DNA from: Candidatus Bathyarchaeota archaeon
Lineage (GTDB): Archaea; Thermoproteota; Bathyarchaeia; Bathyarchaeales; Bathycorpusculaceae
Assembly (NCBI GenBank): GCA_963767735.1
Contig: CAVYES010000005.1
Coordinates: forward strand, 160,001-224,000
Length of the DNA stretch: 64,000 nt
Direction: 5' to 3'
In this document: piece by piece, positions 41,212-51,878 of the stretch
Numbering within the stretch: position 1 is the first letter of the stretch
How the letters are laid out: every line of letters begins with the position of its first letter
Translations under genes and position numbers: made by a program
Notes under the pieces: model-generated
Told to the model about the DNA's origin: nothing
Seen by the model: only the letters and a program-made list of their open reading frames with translations
The model's database searches: none

Positions 41212-41652
41212 TTATAGCTGAGTATTTGCCGGCGCCTTTTTAGGGTGGCTAATGAGGTGTCGAAAATATTTTTCCACGGGCGTATGAACATAGATGGCTC
41301 CGCTTATGATGATTGCGCCAATCATAATCAGCAGAAAAGCTATGTTTTGACCTGAAGTCGTTATGCGACTAGTTAAATCTAATGTAGCAAAAACGCCTAC
41401 TACAATGAGTATTAGACCGGCGATTAGATAATTAACTAAGCCATACTGGTTTTTATCGTGAATTTCCATGTTCGGCGGATTCTCATGGTTATCCCGCTTT
41501 TCTGGTTCCTCGCTCCCCGGTGCCACTTGACTTGACATTGAGTCTTTTAGTGCTGTCCCGCATTTTGGGCAGAAAGCCATTGTTTCATCGACGGTATTGC
41601 CGCATTTGAGGCAGTATGGCATGCGAACTCTCCTGTTTTCATATTTCATCAT
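41212..41652 (-). CDS. Zinc-ribbon membrane protein
   Basis: YCLKCG...FCPKCG plus two TMs. Confidence 0.8.
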   Translation of the reverse strand: MMKYENRRVRMPYCLKCGNTVDETMAFCPKCGTALKDSMSSQVAPGSEEPEKRDNHENPPNMEIHDKNQYGLVNYLIAGLILIVVGVFATLDLTSRITTSGQNIAFLLIMIGAIIISGAIYVHTPVEKYFRHLISHPKKAPANTQL

Positions 41653-41738
41653 CTCAAACTATTAAAACATGCACGCTCTTCTTTTGAGAGAAAGATATAT
41701 GTGGCGAAATGGCATAATCGGGTAAGGACAAATGCGCT

Positions 41739-42245
41739 TTGATTAAAGATTTAAACCCACAGGCCTTAGCTGATAAGAAAAAAGAAAACTTAATTACCAC
41801 TGTATATATTGGGCTTATTTTTATTCTGCTTGCAATAATTTACTTCATCAATCTTCATAACAACATTTGGAATAGCTTTGTTAATTTCCTTGGCTCTTTC
41901 GTTCTTACTCAAGTTCCAGGGACCAGCGTTTTTTTGCCTGCGCCTTTTACCCCGGGTGCTTATACGGTTCTCTATACTGCTGCTTTCGAGTTTTGCTTGG
42001 GCATAGGTATTTTAGAAATGTCAATATTGGCTTTAAGAATCAGGATGCATTCGTCTCTTCCAAGGAAAGCTGAAACTATCGAAAACGTTGTTTTTTGGCT
42101 TGGAGCAAGCTATTTAGCAATTACTTATCTTGTTAACATGGCAATAATGAGTGAGTGGTTCGTTTTTTGGGCTGGAATAATTGTGATTGGTGGTTTATCG
42201 CTGATTGCTAGGTCGTTTGTTCTTTTAGCTGGACGACCAAATTAG
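41739..42245 (+). CDS. Four-TM membrane protein
   Basis: Hydrophobic 168-aa ORF. Confidence 0.7.
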   Translation: MIKDLNPQALADKKKENLITTVYIGLIFILLAIIYFINLHNNIWNSFVNFLGSFVLTQVPGTSVFLPAPFTPGAYTVLYTAAFEFCLGIGILEMSILALRIRMHSSLPRKAETIENVVFWLGASYLAITYLVNMAIMSEWFVFWAGIIVIGGLSLIARSFVLLAGRPN

Positions 42246-42985
42246 CTGTCACGCTTTATTTTCAGTTGCCACCAGAGCTTCATTATCTGCGAAAACATGC
42301 TTGATGAATCTTTGATGAGGTTAACTTTTGTGTCCTTGCCGCTTTTCCACTCTACAGGAATCTCTTTGACCTTGTAGCCGTGACGATATGCTCTTACAAT
42401 TATTTCCGTGTCCCAAAACCAATGCGTCGCCTCCACTTCGTCAAGCAGCTTTAAAAGAGGTTCCCTTTTGAAGGCTTTAAAACCGCACTGGTGATCCCGA
42501 ACTTTGGACCCGAGCATGTGTCGAACCAGAAAGTTGTAGCTTTTTGAGCTGATGCTTCTGCGGAGGCTTCGTTCAACTTTGCTTTCAGGCAGCATCCTTG
42601 AACCAGTCGATAAGTCGTAGCCCTCAACAGTGATGGCGTCAACTAGAGGTTTAAGAGATTTAAGGTCTGTTGCTAAGTCCAAATCCATATAAACCAAAAC
42701 TTCGCCGCTGCACTGTCTAAACGCGTTGTTAAGTGCGGTTCCTCTTCCCAGACGCTTTTCACGGTGAATGTGCTTAACGTACGCGAACTTTTGCGCTAGC
42801 TCTTCAGCGCGTTCGGCGGTGCCGTCGGTGCTGCCGTCTTCAGCAATAACAATTTCGTAGGGGTAACCTGTCTCTTCTGCAGCTTGGCTTATTTTTGTTA
42901 CGGCGCCTTCCAATTTGTCCGCTTCGTTGTAAGCGGGAAGAACAACTGAAACCATGGGTTTGATGTTAGGCGCGGTTTTCTCCAT
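42242..42985 (-). CDS. GT2 dolichol-phosphate hexose synthase (AglD/DPG-like)
   Basis: SVVLPAYNE, EDGSTDGT, YMDLD, DHQCGFKAF, WFWDTE. Confidence 0.92.
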   Translation of the reverse strand: MEKTAPNIKPMVSVVLPAYNEADKLEGAVTKISQAAEETGYPYEIVIAEDGSTDGTAERAEELAQKFAYVKHIHREKRLGRGTALNNAFRQCSGEVLVYMDLDLATDLKSLKPLVDAITVEGYDLSTGSRMLPESKVERSLRRSISSKSYNFLVRHMLGSKVRDHQCGFKAFKREPLLKLLDEVEATHWFWDTEIIVRAYRHGYKVKEIPVEWKSGKDTKVNLIKDSSSMFSQIMKLWWQLKIKRDS

Positions 42986-42987
42986 TT

Positions 42988-44751
42988 TTAGAACACCCAG
43001 CTTTTGAACCAATGTAAACTGTTAATAAATGAGGTGGATGTGGGTGCTCCTGAAATGACGGGGTAGAAGAGGACGAATAGTCCAACTACAACTGCAAAGT
43101 AGGCTATTGATAAAATTTTTCCCCACCTGTTGTTCCAATACCTGTTTATAATAAAGGCTGAGCCTAGACAGAGCAATGGCACATTCACGTAGAAATGGTA
43201 GATGAAGGTTATTCTGGAAATAAAAATGTAAATCAGCCACTGGAAGAAGAAGATTACAAGGATAAATACGGCGGGCAAATTGTTTTTCAGGCTAAAGCTA
43301 ACTTTTTTCCTGAAGATTTTTGCAACTGTGAAGACCGTTAATCCGATTATGACGGCAAAACCGAGCCACCAAACAGCCGGGTTACCCAGCAGAACAATGG
43401 TGGATGTGGTGCCGTTAGGAAGGTACGATACTTGCAGCCAAAGTGGAACATGTATGTTGGGGTTGAAGGGGTTAAACAGGAGAGGCCAACTGTACCACGG
43501 AGACGCAAAAGGATGTGTTGCCTTCAAAGTTGCTTGGTAAATGTACATTTGTTCCTGCAGGTTTAAAACACCAATAAATGATCTGCCCGCAAGCATATCT
43601 GGAATATAAGTCAAAAAGTAAACTACAATCGCGAGCAACAGGAAACCAACAATTTGAGAATACGGGCGGTCAAGAAAAGCATAAAACTTCGTCGTTATGT
43701 TCCGCTTCAACTTTTTAACTTCACTAAGCCGAAGTGACAAAAGAATAGCTAATGCCCCCAGAAAACCGAATAGAACAAGCCATTTTGTCGAAATACCTAA
43801 AGCAGCAAACATAACGGCTAAAAATAGGGGTACAACGCTGGTTTTCCAGCCTTTATCAAGAACATTTTTCAGGTAAATCAAAAAGAACAGCTGCGAAGCC
43901 AGCGAGAAGAACACTACGTAGGTGTCGGCTGTACCCATCCGCGCCATGGTGAAATGCATGAAGTCAAAGGTTAACAGAAACGCGGATGCGAAACCGCCAA
44001 TCCATGTACCGAACAGCTTTTTGCCTAAAAGGTAAATGAGCGGAATCATAAGTGTGGCGAAGATGACGCCCATTATTCGCCATCCGAACGGGTTAAAGCC
44101 GAAGATGACGATGCCGGAAGCTTGGATTAGTTTCCCAAGAGGCGGATGCGTCCACTCATACGGTAACTGTAAATGCAAGTATTGCTGTGCGGTTCTGACA
44201 AAGTAGATTTCGTCAAAATACGTGTTCTGCGTGTAGTCTGAGGGGTACTGAACCAAGTTTTGCTGGTTAATGAGGCTATTGAAGTTAGGGTTTCCCGCGC
44301 CGGCATTGGTTATTGATTGAATATCGACTTGCACGCCATTTTGGTTAATAACTGCTATTTGAGCTATGTCCGTCTCGTAACCCGCTGGGCCAACATCGAC
44401 TTTTAAGTACTGTGTGATTTGGCCAATTGGGATGTCAGTCCATTTATAGTAGTCCTCTGACCACGTTGAACTTGAGTATGGCCAAGGATAATTGGTTACC
44501 TCTGTCCAGTTGCTTGGCGACCCACTAGATACGGTGAAGTTGTATGCGCCTACGTCCAGCAGAACAATCAAATATTTAACGTTGGTTGAGTTGCCCAAGT
44601 TAACGTAGAAGCTTTGCCCAGCAGTAAGCGTAGTCGAATTGGTGGGGATTTGGGTTGCGCCGAGATTCCAAGTGGCTATGGAGAAGAAAACTACTGCAAG
44701 TAAAACAATGGTTATCAAGTCTTTTTTGTTGATTTGCACTCCAAAGTTCAT
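42988..44751 (-). CDS. PMT/GT39-like protein O-mannosyltransferase
   Basis: FDEIYF, HPPLGKLI, FGWR, HPFASPWYSWPL, GNPAVWW, FIYHF. Confidence 0.9.
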   Translation of the reverse strand: MNFGVQINKKDLITIVLLAVVFFSIATWNLGATQIPTNSTTLTAGQSFYVNLGNSTNVKYLIVLLDVGAYNFTVSSGSPSNWTEVTNYPWPYSSSTWSEDYYKWTDIPIGQITQYLKVDVGPAGYETDIAQIAVINQNGVQVDIQSITNAGAGNPNFNSLINQQNLVQYPSDYTQNTYFDEIYFVRTAQQYLHLQLPYEWTHPPLGKLIQASGIVIFGFNPFGWRIMGVIFATLMIPLIYLLGKKLFGTWIGGFASAFLLTFDFMHFTMARMGTADTYVVFFSLASQLFFLIYLKNVLDKGWKTSVVPLFLAVMFAALGISTKWLVLFGFLGALAILLSLRLSEVKKLKRNITTKFYAFLDRPYSQIVGFLLLAIVVYFLTYIPDMLAGRSFIGVLNLQEQMYIYQATLKATHPFASPWYSWPLLFNPFNPNIHVPLWLQVSYLPNGTTSTIVLLGNPAVWWLGFAVIIGLTVFTVAKIFRKKVSFSLKNNLPAVFILVIFFFQWLIYIFISRITFIYHFYVNVPLLCLGSAFIINRYWNNRWGKILSIAYFAVVVGLFVLFYPVISGAPTSTSFINSLHWFKSWVF

Positions 44752-46037
44752 CGTGGTTCACCTCTCTCTTCGTTTTGGCTTAACTCGGACGGCGGTGGAG
44801 GTTCAGCTTTGAGCCATCCGTGCCCTCTAAGTTCACCCCACATTAATATTGAAGCATAGAAGAGCATTAATAAATTAATAGCGCTTACGGCGAGAACCAC
44901 AGGGTTTCCAGTTAAATTAGGACCAGCATTGGGATAATAATAATTAAGCCAATAGAGAACATAGGCTTGATTGATTAGAAGCGTCGCCGTCAAAACAACA
45001 TACAGCGGACGGGTTCTTTTGAGGAACGGAAACATCAGCGCCAAAACGCTTATAGCTGGAAACAGGTACCGCTCATGAATTCTGGTTGGAAGCATAAAAA
45101 ACGCAAAGAAAAGCATGAAAGCAGCGAAAATTGCGAGAAATTCATCTGAAGCATGAAACTGTTTATACAAAAAGTAGAGGGTGAAAACGGCAACAGCCCC
45201 AAACAGCGCCCAACCCACGATATAGAGGACGCCGTCAGGAATCCACAGGCCATACAGACCCCACAAGTTAAAGGCGTTCACCGAAGTTACCGCGTATTCC
45301 CCATAGGCTCCAAAGTAAATGTTACCTAAGAAAGTAAACGGATTACTCCATTGGAAAGGAAGAATAACCACGAAAACCGTCGCAACAAATGTTATCACTG
45401 AAAATAGCAGATTTTTCAATCCACTTTTCCTATAAATCAAGAAAGCGACAAGAGGCGCTAAAACTATTCCCTGCGGCTTAGTTAAAAGACCTATTGCGAA
45501 GGCTGCCGCGGCAAGTTTAGGTCTGGATTTAAGTGCAAGCATAAGCGAAAGTATCAGAAAGAAAGTGTAAATTGCGTCGTATTGACCCCATATTGCTGTG
45601 TTGTAAATTATAGCTGGGTTAAAAGTATAGAGCCCCGTTGCCAGAAGGGCGGATTTGAAACTTGCTTGTTTTCTAACAAAAACGAAAATCAGCACTGCAG
45701 TTGCTAAATCAAAAACGTTAGGAATCAACTTCACAATATTTGCAAGGCTTATCCCAACTGCTTTTCCGAAAGATCCGAACGCCCACCAAAGGTAAACGTT
45801 GAAAGGCGGATAATCAATAAATCCTGAAACATTCTTATTGTAAAACGGCCTTATCCCATGTACAGTGGCGGCATTAATCCAGTAACTAAAATCTCCTGTG
45901 TCAATCGGGTACCCCTTTAGCGGAAACAGGAGAACCCTGATTAGGAAGGAAACAGCAAGCAAGACCGCTAAAACAATAATCTCGCGTTTCGCAGACGAGA
46001 CGTTAACCGCGTTTCCCCTCCTGTTTATGCAAAACAC
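44748..46037 (-). CDS. GT-C fold membrane glycosyltransferase
   Basis: DYPP, WGQYD, TKPQ, NAFNLW, IHERYLFP. Confidence 0.85.
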   Translation of the reverse strand: MFCINRRGNAVNVSSAKREIIVLAVLLAVSFLIRVLLFPLKGYPIDTGDFSYWINAATVHGIRPFYNKNVSGFIDYPPFNVYLWWAFGSFGKAVGISLANIVKLIPNVFDLATAVLIFVFVRKQASFKSALLATGLYTFNPAIIYNTAIWGQYDAIYTFFLILSLMLALKSRPKLAAAAFAIGLLTKPQGIVLAPLVAFLIYRKSGLKNLLFSVITFVATVFVVILPFQWSNPFTFLGNIYFGAYGEYAVTSVNAFNLWGLYGLWIPDGVLYIVGWALFGAVAVFTLYFLYKQFHASDEFLAIFAAFMLFFAFFMLPTRIHERYLFPAISVLALMFPFLKRTRPLYVVLTATLLINQAYVLYWLNYYYPNAGPNLTGNPVVLAVSAINLLMLFYASILMWGELRGHGWLKAEPPPPSELSQNEERGEPR

Positions 46038-46241
46038 AGTTGCAACAATGGCATAAGAAGCTTTTCAAAAATCAACTATTTACTTATTCGAATAAAAGAG
46101 CACAAGACCCTAATTATCAGGTTTAATGGCAAACAAATGCCTTAAATTAATTGTGCGCTCTCTATGTACTGTTCTGGGTTTGAAACCCTCGAAAAAATTT
46201 GGATAAAGCAAAACTTAAAATCGATTTGATATAATTTATTT

Positions 46242-46988
46242 TTGGTTGAGCAAATGAAAATTCCAACTCCGTTAGCCACAGTCAACTTTTTTACTGAAAA
46301 ACTGGATCTCTACAGTTTCAGGGCAAGATTAGCTTCCTCGGTTTTAAGCAAAAAAGCAGTAAAATGCACAAAACCTTCCGACTACATAGATTTGTGTGAT
46401 GAAATTTTTCGCCACGTTCCTTTAAAATACATTGGTCGACAAATTATACTTTGGCAGGCAAAGCAGGAGATCCAAGCGTTACTCTCTATACTAAGCGAAC
46501 AAAGCGTACGTTCCATGCTTGAAATCGGCACATATGATGGAGGAACACTATTTTTATTCACTCGGATGATAGATTCAAACGCAAGAATAATCAGTTTAGA
46601 CATGCCAAAAGACGGATATGAAAACTACAAAATTCCCTTTTTCATCAACCTCGCTAAAAAAAATCAGCATATATCCTTAGTTAGGGCTAACTCGCGTTCG
46701 CACTCAAGCTTGGTAACGGTAAAATCAATCTTGAAAGGACAAAAGTTAGACTTTCTTTTCATAGATGGCGATCACACTTATGACGGCGTTAAAAGGGATT
46801 TCCAGATGTATAGCCCGCTTGTACGCAAAGGCGGCTTAATCGCCTTCCACGACATTTGTAAGCACCCACCACATCCGGTCTGTGAAGTTGACAGATTTTG
46901 GAATGAAATAAAGACCGCCCATTCATACCAAGAAATCATTGAAAACCCACACCAAAACTGGGCAGGCATAGGATTACTCTACATTTGA
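46242..46988 (+). CDS. Class I SAM-dependent methyltransferase
   Basis: LEIGTYDGGT, DFLFIDGDHTY, GGLIAFHDI. Confidence 0.9.
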   Translation: MVEQMKIPTPLATVNFFTEKLDLYSFRARLASSVLSKKAVKCTKPSDYIDLCDEIFRHVPLKYIGRQIILWQAKQEIQALLSILSEQSVRSMLEIGTYDGGTLFLFTRMIDSNARIISLDMPKDGYENYKIPFFINLAKKNQHISLVRANSRSHSSLVTVKSILKGQKLDFLFIDGDHTYDGVKRDFQMYSPLVRKGGLIAFHDICKHPPHPVCEVDRFWNEIKTAHSYQEIIENPHQNWAGIGLLYI

Positions 46989-47164
46989 AGTCCACAAACA
47001 CGCGCATCGATGGGTTAAAAAGGCTCGATTGACCCGCTTCTTTGGAAATCTCAACAGCAGCTAAATTTTGTTTGTGCGGGTTTCTTGATTGAGCAGCCGG
47101 ATAAAGGGTAGCCTTGTTTTGGTCGCGTTAACGAAAAAAATTAGGGGTTGGCTTTTTAGCCAAA

Positions 47165-49051
47165 TTAAAAGCCACGATGAGTTGTGGAGCTGACTGTTAC
47201 TGTTACCTTTGCAGTTTCAATGGGAATTCCGCCTGGACCTGGACCCGTTCCTGTTACTGTGATCGTGTATGTTCCGGTTGCAGTGCTGGCGGCTGTGACG
47301 GTCAATGTAGATGTAGCTGGGGTGACTACGGTGACGCCGCCTGGGACTGAAGTGGTGGTCGGAGATACGCTGGTGGGGCTGAGGCTTGCGGTTAATCCGC
47401 TTCCCGTCACTGTTGAAGTGAGTGAAACTTTGCCTGAGAATCCGCTAATGGGGGTTACGGTTATTGTTGAGGTCCCAGATGATCCGCTTTTGATGTTTAA
47501 AGATGTTGGTGAAGCTGAAATTGAGAAGTCTTGTACTTTCACCGCGAATGCTGTGCTTTGACTGAGTGTTCCCACTGTGCCCGTTACTGTGATTAGGTAT
47601 GTTCCGTGTGGAGTATTAGGGGGGACCGTGACAGTTAATCCGTCTGTGAGTGAAGCGCCGGGGGATAATGTTACGGAGGGTGAGGCGAGGGTTGCGGTGA
47701 AGCTTGGGTCTTCGCTTGGCGGTGCTGCTGTGATGTCAACTGTTCCTGAGAATGAACTAAAGGCTGTTACGGTTACTGGTGTTGTTGGTATTATTGTGGA
47801 TCCAGAGGATTGTACGTAAATGGTGGTTGGGACAGCTGCTGCTGAGATGCTGAAGTCTTGAGGTGTGAAGTTGGTGGTAACTGGGCTTCCTAAGCCTGTG
47901 TCGAGGTCATAGCCTGAGTTCGCTGGGTATCCGTTCGATCCGGTTGGGCTGTCTCGGAAGTAGTTGGAGGAGGGCGACGATCCGTCCGCGTAGAAGTTGC
48001 TGTGGCCAGCTGTTTGTCCAAGAGCTTGGACACCTGCCCAACATTGAGCTCCAACGCTTGTTCCGCCTACTTCCAACCATCCACTCTCTCCGAAGGTATC
48101 ATAAATGGAGATGCCTGTGTTTGGGTTTGCATCAAAAGAAACGTCAGGTGTAGAACGTCCGTTGAAGATTAACCCGTAGTTAATCTGCCATGTCGGTTCT
48201 GGTTCATATGCGCTTACTCCGCCTCCGCTATCGCTCCAAGCTGATTCAGAGGTTGGGGTTGTTGATGTTGCTAAGGTGAGGGTTGTTCCGCCGACGCTAA
48301 TCACGTTTGGTGAGGCAGAAGGCCAGATGACGCCCGCACCACTGTCGCCGCTAGATGCAAAGAAAACTATATTGAGTCCGTTGTGGCTGACTAAGTACTG
48401 CGTGTCGTAGCTGGTTTCGCCGGAGAATTCGTTGGCGCCCCAGCTCATTGAGACCGCCACTACTCCCGGTTGACTTGTAGCGTAGGATATGGCATTCGTA
48501 AGATCGCCTAGGCTGTTGGATTTAGCCTCTACCAGTAATATGTTTGCGTCGGGGGCTATGGCGTGTACCCATTCCACGTCTAAGGAAGTTTCAACTGCCC
48601 ATCCAGCGTTTGTGGTGCTTCCTGCCATATTATATATCGTCAAACTGCCGGTGCCAGTCACGCCTTGTTGGCTGTCGAAGTAAGCTAGGTTACTGGCTAT
48701 GTTTGGGTCGTAGTAGGCGTCGATGATTGCTACGGTTGTTCCTGCGCCGTAGGTTGTTGTTGGGGTGTAGAGATCATATGCACTTATGATTTGGGATGGG
48801 GAAAATCCGGGTGGGTCTCCGTTTTGTTTTTGAGAATATGCGAGTGATGTGGTTCCGTTTTGTTGTGAGGAATATCCGATTGATGGGGCTCCGGCTTGTG
48901 CTGAACGGATTTGATAAAGTGGTTGTGCTGTCAAGTCGTTGGATATTGTTGTTGCTTTCGCTGTTGATGCTATTGCGGGGAAGCTGATTACAAGAACAAG
49001 TATAGCTATAACGATGAAGGCGCTTGCCTTATTTTTATATTGTTTAGACAA
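47165..49051 (-). CDS. Secreted S53 (sedolisin-like) peptidase with Ser/Thr-rich Ig-like C-terminal repeats
   Basis: Signal peptide, ETSLDVEW, ASSGDSG, GGTS, GYDLDTGLGSP, two QDFSISA modules. Confidence 0.9.
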   Translation of the reverse strand: MSKQYKNKASAFIVIAILVLVISFPAIASTAKATTISNDLTAQPLYQIRSAQAGAPSIGYSSQQNGTTSLAYSQKQNGDPPGFSPSQIISAYDLYTPTTTYGAGTTVAIIDAYYDPNIASNLAYFDSQQGVTGTGSLTIYNMAGSTTNAGWAVETSLDVEWVHAIAPDANILLVEAKSNSLGDLTNAISYATSQPGVVAVSMSWGANEFSGETSYDTQYLVSHNGLNIVFFASSGDSGAGVIWPSASPNVISVGGTTLTLATSTTPTSESAWSDSGGGVSAYEPEPTWQINYGLIFNGRSTPDVSFDANPNTGISIYDTFGESGWLEVGGTSVGAQCWAGVQALGQTAGHSNFYADGSSPSSNYFRDSPTGSNGYPANSGYDLDTGLGSPVTTNFTPQDFSISAAAVPTTIYVQSSGSTIIPTTPVTVTAFSSFSGTVDITAAPPSEDPSFTATLASPSVTLSPGASLTDGLTVTVPPNTPHGTYLITVTGTVGTLSQSTAFAVKVQDFSISASPTSLNIKSGSSGTSTITVTPISGFSGKVSLTSTVTGSGLTASLSPTSVSPTTTSVPGGVTVVTPATSTLTVTAASTATGTYTITVTGTGPGPGGIPIETAKVTVTVSSTTHRGF

Positions 49052-49357
49052 ATAAGATACGCTCCTAATAATCGTAGCTTAATGTAATTATTTAAGCTAT
49101 TCCCAAAAATAACTCTCCAGAATTTGGGGTGTTAGCCGTATGTCCAAGGCTATTCTGAAGGAACATGCTTTTTCATCAAAAGCAGCAAGATGCGGACTAT
49201 CATCCAAAACGCCGCTGTTGAATCAAAACTAACAAAACTTCTCGTTGCAAAGAAGGGCAAAGGTGAGAACCCGTAAAAGAGGGCTGCAATTCGTGCGTTT
49301 TTATTAGTAATCGGTAAACAATCACTAAGATTAGAAGATCGCGTAAATTACAGGATT

Positions 49358-49666
49358 ATGAAGTTCCTTCCAATTATGCTCGCGTTTCTGAAAAAGGCAA
49401 TGGCTATGTCTTCAGCTGAGTGGATTGTAGAGTCGCCTTCAGTAAATGGACAAATAGCGTCGCTGGCGAACTTCGGCAAGGTATCTTTTAGTTCATGTAC
49501 TGCTTCAACAGCAAGTGGACTCATCAGCTTGACAGGTTCTTCGGTTTACGCAATAACAATAGTGGCGGAAACCAGAGCAGAAACTGCAATGGTAACACCA
49601 TCAGCATTGACCGTGGCTTCAAATGTGGGAAGCTTCACAGACACGTGGGTTAGCGCCGGTCCATAA
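49358..49666 (+). pseudogene. C-terminal fragment of a G1 glutamic peptidase
   Basis: SSAEWIVESP and LANFGKVSF; N-terminal half with the WxG and Q motifs is missing. Confidence 0.65.
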
Positions 49667-49749
49667 ACTAATAAGCCAACACTTTTTTCAACTACCCTTT
49701 TTTCTTTTTTTAAAATCATAAACAAAAACTACGTTTTTTTTGAAATTAA

Positions 49750-49796
49750 TTGGAGCCTTCGGCGGGATTTGGACCCGCGACCATTACCTTACCAAG
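49750..49796 (-). repeat. att site (duplicated 3' part of tRNA-Thr)
   Basis: TTGGAGCCTTCGGCGGGATTTGGACCCGCGACCATTACCTTACCAAG is identical to 55937-55983. Confidence 0.95.
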
Positions 49797-50656
49797 CCGC
49801 CCGATTCATTGAACCGATGAGCTTTAGAGCTTTTGATTGGGTTGAATTCAAAAAATTCGTCCAGGGAAAATACCGCAAAACCACCGCCAAAAGAGTCATG
49901 TGCTATGCCAAGCGCTACTACCCTGTGCCTGAATCTGGCAATGTCGGGCAACTCAATGTTGTCCCATCAACCGTTAAATCTGAAGTAATCAAAAGTCTAA
50001 TCGTGATCTCGAAGTACATCGGGTGCTATGAGCAGTTCAAGGCTTCACTGAAAAGCTACGGAATCAAATCAGCCCAGCCAGACGCGCTTGCCGCCTTCGT
50101 CAGAATATACAACAATAACAACAGCAATTTGGACGAGTGATTCGCCAAAGTCAAGCCAATACTCACGCCACAGGAGAATTTATTGCTGAAATTCTTGCAC
50201 CAGACAGGGCTACGATGCAGCGAGGGCATCGAAAGCTTCAACCTGATAATCGAGCTTTCGCAGAAGCAAAGATTGCACGAGTACCTAAGCACTGAAACCG
50301 GGATCCTATAGAATTTCAGGTACAAAGGCAAATTCCTGCGCGGCACCAAAAATGCCTTCATCAGCATTGTGCCCGAAAGCTTGATCGGCGAAATTACCGG
50401 CAGCCAATTTGTCACTTATGCAGCCATCACCAAAAAGCTTCAAAGGCGGAAAATTCCAACTCGAATCAGCGAGCTATGGGATTACTATGGCACCTTCATG
50501 ATCAGGCATGGACTCGTTGCCCAAGAAGCAGACTTGCTCTGTGGAAGGATTCCGTCAAGCATATTTGTCAGGCACTATTTTTCCCCAGCGATAAAGGACC
50601 TTAGAGATCGAACCTTGAAATCTCTTGAAGAAATGGACGTCAAAGGCCTTCAATAA
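49751..50656 (+). pseudogene. Tyrosine integrase C-terminal part (att-split, SSV-like), inactivated
   Basis: Single frame reading through att (WSLRRDLDPRPLPYQ); TGLRCSE, RGTKNAF, ELWDY, LCGR, FVRHY; in-frame stops at 50138 and 50309. Confidence 0.88.
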
Positions 50657-50771
50657 ATTAGGGGGTATAGAGGAAGGTCTTCCGTCTAAAAGCTAATCAT
50701 CAGAACCTATAAAAACAAACAAATAATATTCAAGAGGCTCGTCTCTATACCGCCCATTTCTCGAAAGGCCT
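50643..50771 (+). repeat. Cassette-boundary repeat A
   Basis: Core TAAAAGCTAAT-CATCAG-AACCTATAAAA at 50687-50714; AAGGCCT at both ends; overlaps the integrase stop. Confidence 0.85.
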
Positions 50772-50838
50772 ACGGAAAAAAAACGGTCTTAGATCAACAA
50801 AAAAGTTGGAGAATAAAACTCCCTATTGAATTCTTACC

Positions 50839-51129
50839 TTATGGCTTTGTGAGAGTTATCTCCATAGTTGAAACCATTCTTGACCTGTTTTCGCCTTCTC
50901 TTGGCGGCATCTCTACTGTTCCGATTGCTACATTGGTCACTTTGAGGTCTTTTATAAAGCGGTTTCTTGTAATTTCTGCGCAGTCAACTGCGGTCGTGAT
51001 TGCTTGTCCTCTTGCTTTTAGTGTTATTTCTTTTTCGGTGCCTGAAGAGAATGCTGTTATGATAGCGAGCACATAGCTCATTGGCGGTTTGTTTCCGACG
51101 AATATTACGTCATTAGGTTTTTGTGTCAT
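50839..51129 (-). CDS. albA: DNA/RNA-binding protein Alba
   Basis: IFVGNKPPMSYVLA, LKARGQAITTAVD, VSTMEITL. Confidence 0.95.
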   Translation of the reverse strand: MTQKPNDVIFVGNKPPMSYVLAIITAFSSGTEKEITLKARGQAITTAVDCAEITRNRFIKDLKVTNVAIGTVEMPPREGENRSRMVSTMEITLTKP

Positions 51130-51200
51130 ATTCTTGTCACTTCCCGATTTCATATGGTTCCGTCTGGTATATGGCTAGTGCCGTTTTAGATATGGTTGCC

Positions 51201-51337
51201 TAGGCCTTCCAAAATTTTACCCCCATAGAGAGAAAGACTTGTCAGGTTTTATCTAATCATCGCAACAAATAAAAATCAAATAAATTAAATCAAACTTATC
51301 TACTCTACGCCCGCCAGTTTCCGGAAGACCTTTGCCC
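51201..51337 (+). repeat. Cassette-boundary repeat B
   Basis: Core TTTTATCTAAT-CATCGC-AACAAATAAAA at 51247-51274. Confidence 0.85.
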
Positions 51338-51686
51338 TGATTGCGGCAGACAAGAACGGCCGAACCGGGCAAATCGAGACTTACAGATGCCGCGACTGCT
51401 GCCACAGGTTTTCATGATTAATCGTTTTTCTCTATTTTTTCATTTTGCTTATTGCTTAATTCGTAAGATATAATAAACTGAGTGCATTATGATCTGAAAG
51501 GCAAGTCTGAGTGGGGGTGGCGAACGTAGGTCAAGGCAAGGACGGCAGGTGCCGAGCAAAAGCCCGGGCAATCCTCGAGAGGCTCCAAAAAGATTGATGG
51601 CAGAATCCTTAGAGACTACTTTCACTTAAGTCTCCACTGCCACTTCACTCCTTTACTTCGTTATATTTTTAAGGAAAACCAGCAAA

Positions 51687-51878
51687 ATGTTTTGCGCTAT
51701 GTGCGATCAATGCCTGGTCAAGTGCTGCTATGCGTGCGGTCGCATGCCAATGGGCGGAGGCGGCAAGTGCTGCCCGAGATGTAAGATCCGCTTCTGCTAC
51801 ACCTGCACGCTCGAGCTCACGTATGCCCAAAAGAAGCTCCCGCTCGAATGCCCCATGTGCGGTGGAAAATTTGGGTAG
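51687..51878 (+). CDS. Small Cys-rich zinc-finger protein
   Basis: Five CxxC pairs in 63 aa. Confidence 0.65.
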   Translation: MFCAMCDQCLVKCCYACGRMPMGGGGKCCPRCKIRFCYTCTLELTYAQKKLPLECPMCGGKFG

